Below the pieces are notes generated by a model, which was not told the origin of the DNA, did no database searches, and saw only the letters and a program-made list of their open reading frames with translations. Shown here one piece after another: positions 57,015 to 64,000 of a DNA stretch of 64,000 nt. The stretch comes from a virus (taxonomy: Duplodnaviria; Caudoviricetes), in the IMG/VR virus record IMGVR_UViG_2687453780_000005, positions 32,001 through 96,000 of that record; one strand, given 5' to 3'. The position numbers and the translations under genes are program-made. Position 1 is the first letter of the stretch, and each line of letters begins with the position of its first letter.

Positions 57015-57449
57015 GTGTTTACCATAGGAGGAGAATTAGGAATTAAGGTAATGAAAGTTAATCCCGATCGTGACATTGTAAGGCCATATAAAGGTATTGG
57101 AGTTAAGAGCATGATGGATTTATCTCTATTTGGAGATGACAATCACTGGTTGCATATTTGCGGAGATAATGATTGGGGATATTTGTCGTTGGAAGTAATT
57201 AAACCGATCTTACAAGAAGCAAACAGCATTTATTGTGAAATTCTTAAGAATATTGATGACTGTAAACCAGAAGTCATACTTGTTGGAAGAAACGAATTTA
57301 GAATGCTGGACATTTTACATATAGCTAGAGACGGTGAAGAGGGTATTTCTATTATCAAGGGCATACCCGTTGTTAAAGGAAATTTCGATAATGGAACCAA
57401 GTATCTGGGAACTAAGAATGAAGAAGATTCAGAATTACCATTTAAATAA
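57015..57449 (+). CDS. Hypothetical protein
   Basis: ORF track; start uncertain. Confidence 0.55.
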   Translation: MFTIGGELGIKVMKVNPDRDIVRPYKGIGVKSMMDLSLFGDDNHWLHICGDNDWGYLSLEVIKPILQEANSIYCEILKNIDDCKPEVILVGRNEFRMLDILHIARDGEEGISIIKGIPVVKGNFDNGTKYLGTKNEEDSELPFK

Positions 57450-57463
57450 TAAGGAGAAATTGA

Positions 57464-58084
57464 ATGTCAGAAAATTATTTTAAGGAACTTTACAATGTTG
57501 ATGTTAAGGAAAAGGTAAAACAGAAAAATGGATTGAATTATTTATCCTGGGCTGCTTGCTGGGCAGAGGTAAAAAAACTCCACCCTGACGCTACTTATCG
57601 AATTTATGAGGAAGTGCTTTCTTATGCTCCAGATGGAACTACTCCAATGAAAACTCGTCCCTGGTTTGATGATGGGAGAACTGGTTGGGTAAAGACAGGA
57701 GTTACAATCAACGGTATTGAGCATGTTGAGGAATTGCCTATAATGGATTTTAAAAATAATTCCATTTCTTCAGAAAATATTAAATCTTCAGAAGCAAACA
57801 AATCTATTCAGAGGTCATTAACAAAAGCCTGTGCTCGACATGGGTTGGGATTATACATATATGAAGGTGAGGATCTCCCGGAAGAGAGTAAAGAGTTAGA
57901 AAAACTCAGAACTGAATGTTACAAGCTGGTCACTGAAAGAGCCAAATTATCAGAGGCGGCAAAGAATAAAGTTGCTGATTTCTGCAAGTCTGCTGATGAA
58001 AAAGCAAACGGAGATCCAAGAATTATGGAAGATATTGACACATTAAAGACACTGAAAACGCAGCTTATGGGAATTAGAAAATAG
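57464..58084 (+). CDS. Sak3/DUF1071 single-strand annealing protein
   Basis: LNYLSWA...LPIMDFKN...NKSIQRSLTKACARHGLGLYIYEGEDLP. Confidence 0.9.
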   Translation: MSENYFKELYNVDVKEKVKQKNGLNYLSWAACWAEVKKLHPDATYRIYEEVLSYAPDGTTPMKTRPWFDDGRTGWVKTGVTINGIEHVEELPIMDFKNNSISSENIKSSEANKSIQRSLTKACARHGLGLYIYEGEDLPEESKELEKLRTECYKLVTERAKLSEAAKNKVADFCKSADEKANGDPRIMEDIDTLKTLKTQLMGIRK

Positions 58085-58098
58085 GAGGAATTTAGAAT

Positions 58099-58509
58099 AT
58101 GGGACTTAGATCAGGGAATCAGTATGGAACCTTAGCAACGGTATGGAAAGTAAATGCTCCAAGCTCAAATGGTAAAACGGTTGATGTACAGATTACAACA
58201 AGTAAGAAGAATAGGCAAACAGACCAGTATGAAACGGATTTTAATGGGTATGTAAGGTTCTGTGGTGATAGAATGGTTGAATTTGCTTCCAAGTTAAAAG
58301 AGAAAGATAAGATTGATATTGAGGCATTTGATGTAACAAATAAATACGATAAAGAGAAGAAGATTACTTATTATAACGTATCGGTATTTGCTGCAAAAAT
58401 GCACGAGTATGATAACCAGAACAATTCTTCTCCATCAAATTCGGCAACCGGAGATGGATTTATGAGTATTCCAGACGGAGTAGAAGATGAGGGACTTCCA
58501 TTTAACTAA
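58099..58509 (+). CDS. ssb: Single-stranded DNA-binding protein
   Basis: OB-fold pattern (YETDF) and acidic tail DEGLPFN. Confidence 0.85.
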   Translation: MGLRSGNQYGTLATVWKVNAPSSNGKTVDVQITTSKKNRQTDQYETDFNGYVRFCGDRMVEFASKLKEKDKIDIEAFDVTNKYDKEKKITYYNVSVFAAKMHEYDNQNNSSPSNSATGDGFMSIPDGVEDEGLPFN

Positions 58510-58519
58510 GAGGTGAATT

Positions 58520-59008
58520 ATGTCAGATAAAACATACAAATGCGCCTTTAAGCATTGTAAACATGAGTCCTGCGAAATACCGCAGGACGAAGCTATAAAA
58601 GTTGGCAATAGATATATGCACCCTGACTGTGCAAAAATCAGTGAGAATATAGCAAAGGTTAGAGATTTTTACTATGAAAACATTAGCAAAACTGTTGTCA
58701 TGAAGCAGTTGGTAAGTGTCATTAACAACCTTGTATTTACAAAAGAAATTGACTCCGAATATTTACTATTTGCATTGACTCATTCGGTATCAGCAAAGAT
58801 TCCTGTTAAAAGTCCATATGGACTTCATTATCTAGTGGACAATCAGAGAATCAAGGATTTATGGAAAAAGAAAAAGGCTACAGAGATTGCCAATGAGATA
58901 AAAAAAACTGCTGACTCTGCTGAGATGGAGCCAGTTAAGTCCACTGGATTTAATTATAGTTCATCTGGCAAGGTTGGTTTTGGAGGTATATTGAAGGGAG
59001 GAAATTAG
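58520..59008 (+). CDS. Zn-finger replication accessory protein
   Basis: CAFKHC...RYMHPDC; coupled to helicase gene. Confidence 0.55.
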   Translation: MSDKTYKCAFKHCKHESCEIPQDEAIKVGNRYMHPDCAKISENIAKVRDFYYENISKTVVMKQLVSVINNLVFTKEIDSEYLLFALTHSVSAKIPVKSPYGLHYLVDNQRIKDLWKKKKATEIANEIKKTADSAEMEPVKSTGFNYSSSGKVGFGGILKGGN

Positions 59009-60354
59009 TGGATTTAAGCGAAATTTCTGACTATAAAGCAGAAGCCGGTGTGATATCAACTTTAGTGTATCACCCAGAATTCATTTTACATAGCAACTAT
59101 TTACATGAAAAGTATTTTTACAACGTTGACAATGCCTGTATTTATTGGGCGATTAAGGAACTTTTTGCTCAAAAGATCACAAACATAACAGCTTTGAATA
59201 TTGAACAAATGCTTGATTCTAATAAGGCTGTGAGAAAGAAAGTTCAGGAATACAATTTGCCAAGTATCCAAGAGTACATTGACCTTTGCTTTAATACGAA
59301 GAGAGATAGTGTTGAAGAGTATCTACTTCTTGTTAATCGTGTTGTGGAGTTGGCGTTTAAACGTTCTTTTTATAAAAAAGCAAGTGACTGGCAGAGAATG
59401 TGTTCTAACGAAGACATTCATTTAGACGATATGAGTAACACCGTTTATAAGGAACTCAATGAACTGACAACGAGTTTTGTAACTGATGGAGAGATAACAA
59501 CTTTTGGCTCAAAAATTAAAGATATTTGGCAGAAGATAAAAGAAAAGAAAGAACGTGGAGAATCTTATGGGCTACCTTCATTTTTTCCTAGTATAAATGA
59601 ATTTTTTACATATGAAGAAACTGAATTGGTTGTAATAGAAGCAAGAATGAAAAAAGGTAAGAGCTGGCTGGCAATGATTGAAGCTCTACATAAAGCAATG
59701 AACGGGGTCCCCACATTCGTTCAGGATAGTGAGATGAGCGACGAAAACTGGTACGTAAGAGTTTTGTCTTACTTAAGTGGTATATCAGTCTATCGGATTA
59801 AGAATTCTATTTTAACAGAGGAAGAAGAATTAAAGGCAGAAGAAACCAACAATTATATTGAGTCGTTACCTTTGTTTCATAATTTTGACCCATATATTAC
59901 AAAAGAGAAATTTTACTCTATCTGTGCACAAAAGAAAAGTGAAATGGATTTGAAGTTTGTTGTGTGGGATTATATCAAGTGCGCCGACTCTATTCTTAAT
60001 TCTGCTGAAAGAAGTGCTTATATGGCAGGTATTACTAACTGGCTAAAAAACATTATTGCCGGTGATTTAAAAATGTCTGTTCTAGCATTCTGCCAATTGA
60101 GCCGCCAAAACGAGGTTGCTGAATCAGATGGTATAGAAAAGTATTGCTCAGTAGCCTGTAAGTGGGAAGAAAAAACGAATGAAGAGTTGGTTGCAGATGG
60201 TAAAGAATGTGGGACCCATAAGTTTACAGTGAAATTAAATAGATTAGGAAAGCCACATTCGGGAAGCGGAGATTATATTGATATGATGTTTACCTCTGAA
60301 AAAGTCGGAATCAGAGAAGCCAAGCAGCATACTGAAAGCACACCATTTAGTTAG
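59008..60354 (+). CDS. dnaB: DnaB-like replicative helicase
   Basis: Walker A ARMKKGKS, DSEM, WDYIK, QLSR, KLNR. Confidence 0.85.
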   Translation: MDLSEISDYKAEAGVISTLVYHPEFILHSNYLHEKYFYNVDNACIYWAIKELFAQKITNITALNIEQMLDSNKAVRKKVQEYNLPSIQEYIDLCFNTKRDSVEEYLLLVNRVVELAFKRSFYKKASDWQRMCSNEDIHLDDMSNTVYKELNELTTSFVTDGEITTFGSKIKDIWQKIKEKKERGESYGLPSFFPSINEFFTYEETELVVIEARMKKGKSWLAMIEALHKAMNGVPTFVQDSEMSDENWYVRVLSYLSGISVYRIKNSILTEEEELKAEETNNYIESLPLFHNFDPYITKEKFYSICAQKKSEMDLKFVVWDYIKCADSILNSAERSAYMAGITNWLKNIIAGDLKMSVLAFCQLSRQNEVAESDGIEKYCSVACKWEEKTNEELVADGKECGTHKFTVKLNRLGKPHSGSGDYIDMMFTSEKVGIREAKQHTESTPFS

Positions 60355-60357
60355 GAG

Positions 60358-61383
60358 GTGAGTCCCGTGGCTCTATATGATGAAGATATGCTAGAAGAAA
60401 TTAATAGCAACGTTGATCTGCTTGATTATATTGGAAACACCATGGAGTTAAAACAACGAGGTAAAGATTATTTTGGGCATTGTACTTTACATATAGACCG
60501 CACCTCTTCATTTTCGTTAACTCCATCTAAAAACAAGTTCTTTTGCTTTAGTTGTGGAGCAGGCGGAGGAATTATCCAATATCTGATGCTTTATGAGAAG
60601 TTAGGTTTTGATGATGCAGTACAAAAAGCTTCACGGTTAGCTGATGTAGATTTAAAGGCGATGTGCCAATCGGAGACAGTTAAGCTCAACAAGGTTATAC
60701 GAAAAATTCGTAACAACAAGACAGAGGATATTTCTTCTCATGAGATTTTAGATATAGAGAAATTACTTAAATACCAAGATGTTGAGATTCATGAGTGGAT
60801 AGAAGAGGGGATAGATTCAAGCGTATTAAGACTGTTTGGAGTCAGACTTGATAATCGTGGAAATAGAATCGTATATCCTGTTTTCGATATGGACGGAAAT
60901 CTGATCAACATTAAGGGAAGAACCTTATGCAAAGAATTTAAGTTTTTTGGTATTCAAAAGTACATAAATTACTACCCTGTGGGAACGGTTGACTATTTCC
61001 AAGGAATGAATATTACATTTCAACACATTAAAGAATCTGGCGAAATAAAGATTTTTGAAAGCATAAAGAGCGTTATGAAACTTTTCACCTGGGGAATTAA
61101 AGACAGTGCTTCCGCTGAAAAGCACACTTTAACTCCAGAGCAGATAAAGATCTTGATCTCTACAAGAGAAATTAAAAATGTTGTTTTTTGTTATGACTCT
61201 GACGTGTCTTATAAGGAACGGAAAGTTAAGGAGAATATTGATCTGTTAAAGCGTTTTGTAAATGTGTACGTGATTATTGATAGAGAAAATCTACTGGGAG
61301 GAGTAGGAGCAAAAAATGCTCCGGTAGATTTGGGTCGAGATATATGGGAGTCGCTTTATGCAACAAAAGTGAAAATCAAATAA
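60358..61383 (+). CDS. dnaG: DNA primase (CHC2 Zn finger plus TOPRIM)
   Basis: CTLHIDRTSSF...CFSCG; RIVYPV; IFES; CYDSD. Confidence 0.88.
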   Translation: MSPVALYDEDMLEEINSNVDLLDYIGNTMELKQRGKDYFGHCTLHIDRTSSFSLTPSKNKFFCFSCGAGGGIIQYLMLYEKLGFDDAVQKASRLADVDLKAMCQSETVKLNKVIRKIRNNKTEDISSHEILDIEKLLKYQDVEIHEWIEEGIDSSVLRLFGVRLDNRGNRIVYPVFDMDGNLINIKGRTLCKEFKFFGIQKYINYYPVGTVDYFQGMNITFQHIKESGEIKIFESIKSVMKLFTWGIKDSASAEKHTLTPEQIKILISTREIKNVVFCYDSDVSYKERKVKENIDLLKRFVNVYVIIDRENLLGGVGAKNAPVDLGRDIWESLYATKVKIK

Positions 61384-61395
61384 AGGAGGATATGA

Positions 61396-62208
61396 TTGGG
61401 AGAATATAGAGAGAAGATACAAGATATGAGGTTTTCGTTTAGTAGATGCCACTCATTCGAAGGGTGTAAGTATGAGTGGTACTTAAACTATCTTTTGAAA
61501 GACGAAAATGGGAAAAGAATATATGAGAACGAACAGAATTTTTATGCAGCATTTGGACATTTCTGCCATAGTATTTTAGAAAAGATTTCCCTGAATGAAA
61601 TTGGATTAGCTGAAGCAGTTGAATACTATAAAGAAAAATATGATGAAGAAATTCAATGTTGGGATATCCCTGAATCTACAAGAGAAAAGTACTTTTTTCA
61701 GGGGCTAGATTATTTTGCAACATTGGAGATGGATTGGCTTGAAAAATATAAAATTCTCGGGGTAGAGAAAAAATGTGAGTTCTCAATAGGAATCAGGAGC
61801 TTCGTGGGATATATAGATTTATTACTTCAAGATAAAGAAACTGGGGGAATTGTAGTCTTGGATCACAAATCAAGCGAATATCCCATTGGTAAAAAAGGTA
61901 AGGTATTAAAGAAAAAAATAGCTGATTATGAAAGTTATAAGAAGCAGTTATACATATATAGCATTCAAGTATTCAATGAATATGGCGTATATCCAGAAAA
62001 AATTGTCTGGAACTATTTTAGAGATAAGGAATGGCTTGAACTTCCTTTTATAAAAGAGGAATATGAAGAATCTTTATCATGGGCGAACAATTTGATTGAT
62101 CTGATAGAGGAAGAGGAGAATTTTGTCCCAACAATGGATTATTTTTACTGCCGCAATCTGTGTGGTTTTAGAAACTCCTGTGATTACAAGTTGATGGGAG
62201 GCGAGTAA
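61396..62208 (+). CDS. PD-(D/E)XK Cas4/RecB-like exonuclease
   Basis: C...GHFCH, GYIDLL, LDHKS, QLYIY, C-terminal CxxxCxxxxxC. Confidence 0.85.
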   Translation: MGEYREKIQDMRFSFSRCHSFEGCKYEWYLNYLLKDENGKRIYENEQNFYAAFGHFCHSILEKISLNEIGLAEAVEYYKEKYDEEIQCWDIPESTREKYFFQGLDYFATLEMDWLEKYKILGVEKKCEFSIGIRSFVGYIDLLLQDKETGGIVVLDHKSSEYPIGKKGKVLKKKIADYESYKKQLYIYSIQVFNEYGVYPEKIVWNYFRDKEWLELPFIKEEYEESLSWANNLIDLIEEEENFVPTMDYFYCRNLCGFRNSCDYKLMGGE

Positions 62209-64000
62209 TTGTCTTTACTGGAAGATGCAAAAAAAGCAGTAGGAAGACTCAACTTTAAATTCCCATATGCTTTAGAAACATGGATTAACGATATGAATAT
62301 GCTTATGGAAAATTATCATAAGCACACTACTTGGTCTGATTTGATACAGATTGATTCTGCGACTGACATTCATGAGTTTATGGAACATTCTAATTCGTAT
62401 GGTTGTCAATGCTACTTTTCAGGAGAACATGGTTATCCAGGAGAATGGCTATATGTATATGACGTATGTAAAAATTCACAAGACGTAGAATATCGCAAAA
62501 AACATAAGTTATCGAAAGAAATTAAGTTCAGGTATTCTGCTGAAGTGTATTGGGTCAAAGACATAAATGAGATTAACCGAGAAGAATATGTTGATAAAAA
62601 GGGTAAGACACAAGTAAGTGAAAAACGAGATAAGACAAATTGCCATATGGTAATTGTTGCTCGAACATATCATGCTATGAGAAAACTGAATTACATAATC
62701 TCATGCGCTCATGGTGAAGGATTTTACGCAAAACCAAGGATAGACTTAAACATGTTATTCCAGCTTGATAAAGATGATGTTTATATCACCTCTGCATGTG
62801 TTGCAGGTTGGAAATATGAAAACGCAGAAGATATATGGCTAAAAATATGGGAGCATTTTGGAGACAATTTCTTTCTTGAATATCAGACCCATAATACCAT
62901 GCCACAGAAATTATTGAATGACAGAATATATAAAATGTCTAAAAAATATGGCATTCAAACGATTGTAGGACTGGACACTCATTACATAAATGAGGAGGAT
63001 CGGATTAAAAGAGAAAATCTTCTTCAACGAAAAGGGCAACATTACGATGATGAAGAAGGCTGGTATATGGATTTTCCTATCGGCAAGGAGACATATAGGA
63101 GGTTAATTGAACAAGCAGTTTTGCCTTCAGAAGAAATTGTTTATGCGATGATGAATACCCATGTTTTCATTGACGGTTGCGAAGAACTAACATACAAGAC
63201 AAATTTTAAAATACCAATTGCCCCAATGTACGAACAATATAATTATGATGAAAGAGTAAAAATTCTCAAGGATATTTTATATGAGAAATATGGCGAGGAA
63301 GATATAGATCATAGGACTAAAGATAGAGAAGAGGGCATGTTATATGAGCATGGAGAAATTGAGTCTAGTGGAACTACCGATTACTTTTTAACCAACTACG
63401 AGCTTGTAAAACTGGCCGTTAACAAATATGGTGGGCAGCTGACAACTACATCAAGAGGGAGTGCGAGTTCATATTATTCAAGCAAGTTGCTAGGGTTTAC
63501 CACAATGGATAGATTCGAATCTGAAGTTCCGATATATCCAGAACGTTTTATTACAAAAGATAGGATATTATCTTCCCATCAAATGCCAGATATAGACTTT
63601 AATGTTTCAAATCAGGAACCTTTTGTTTTTGCTGGGAGAGAACTGGTGGGAGAACATGGTTGCTATCCCCTGTTGGCAGTCGGTAAATTGGGTGAAAAGT
63701 CGGGTTTTAAGCTATATGCAGATATAAAAGGACTTGAACCCAGTGTGGCAAATGAGATCACTTCTTCTATTGACCAGTACAACGAGGCTCTGAAACAGGT
63801 AGATGACGAAGAAGATAAAAAAGATATTCACATAGAAGACTATATTACCAATAAAGAGCATTTAAAGATATTTAATGATAGTAAGCCGTACCAAGGAATT
63901 ATTGAACAAGCAAAGGTTCATGCTTGTGGGTTCTTCTTATTCAATGGAAATCTTGAAGAACAAGATGTTATCGGATATGGAGATATTCGTTATGAGATAG
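62209..64000 (+). CDS. dnaE: DNA polymerase III alpha subunit, truncated by window end
   Basis: TTG start after GGAGG; PHP motifs NYHKHT, GEHG, DTHY; SRGSASS; MPDIDFN; not in ORF track because no stop is reached. Confidence 0.92.
   Translation, partial: MSLLEDAKKAVGRLNFKFPYALETWINDMNMLMENYHKHTTWSDLIQIDSATDIHEFMEHSNSYGCQCYFSGEHGYPGEWLYVYDVCKNSQDVEYRKKHKLSKEIKFRYSAEVYWVKDINEINREEYVDKKGKTQVSEKRDKTNCHMVIVARTYHAMRKLNYIISCAHGEGFYAKPRIDLNMLFQLDKDDVYITSACVAGWKYENAEDIWLKIWEHFGDNFFLEYQTHNTMPQKLLNDRIYKMSKKYGIQTIVGLDTHYINEEDRIKRENLLQRKGQHYDDEEGWYMDFPIGKETYRRLIEQAVLPSEEIVYAMMNTHVFIDGCEELTYKTNFKIPIAPMYEQYNYDERVKILKDILYEKYGEEDIDHRTKDREEGMLYEHGEIESSGTTDYFLTNYELVKLAVNKYGGQLTTTSRGSASSYYSSKLLGFTTMDRFESEVPIYPERFITKDRILSSHQMPDIDFNVSNQEPFVFAGRELVGEHGCYPLLAVGKLGEKSGFKLYADIKGLEPSVANEITSSIDQYNEALKQVDDEEDKKDIHIEDYITNKEHLKIFNDSKPYQGIIEQAKVHACGFFLFNGNLEEQDVIGYGDIRYEI

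Larger units (their letters stand above)
1..64000. mobile_element. Large SPbeta-like temperate phage/prophage region (both ends lie outside the window)
   Basis: Head/packaging module, YonO-like RNA polymerase, MrpR-like integrase-fold repressor, DnaE/primase/helicase module and many small genes; no host housekeeping operons seen. Confidence 0.9.

Noticed and set aside
26-61125. Many short opposite-strand or nested ORFs in the track (for example 26-298, 1042-1284, 4771-5004, 8687-9019, 48959-49321, 60925-61125)
   Set aside because: Shadow frames of longer genes that have RBSs and recognisable motifs
61396-62208. Cas4-like nuclease suggesting CRISPR-Cas
   Set aside because: No repeat-spacer array or other cas genes seen; it sits in the replication operon as a typical phage exonuclease
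1-64000. Diversity-generating retroelement, retron or IS element
   Set aside because: No reverse transcriptase, transposase or long near-identical repeat pair was seen

Overview
AT-rich 64 kb segment of a large SPbeta-like temperate phage or prophage of a Firmicutes host (probably Clostridia; host is inferred). It has two divergent arms. The left arm (1-21.8 kb, minus strand) carries head and packaging genes (major capsid, protease/scaffold, portal, terminase), two HU proteins, a phosphoesterase, two unusual tRNAs inside structured non-coding RNA, and a YonO-like single-subunit RNA polymerase. A 1.5 kb non-coding switch region (about 21.9-23.4 kb) follows. The right arm (24-64 kb, plus strand) has a RelBE-like pair, a roughly 900-nt ornate non-coding RNA, a 30 kb array of small accessory genes and the replication module (Sak3, SSB, DnaB-like helicase, primase, Cas4-like nuclease, truncated DnaE). 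The array includes two DNA methyltransferases, a tyrosine recombinase, a MazF/PemK gene fused in an operon with an MrpR-like repressor, and a PAPS reductase. The most striking unexplained signal is about 35 copies of a quasi-palindromic TRRAA-N6-TTT site at the gene junctions of the accessory array, suggesting an integron-like gene-cassette system. Other highlights are a -1 frameshift signal extending the C5 methyltransferase, an exact 13-bp operator bracketing early promoters, and an 8/4-type tRNA-Ser. All product calls come from motif recognition by eye, not database searches.
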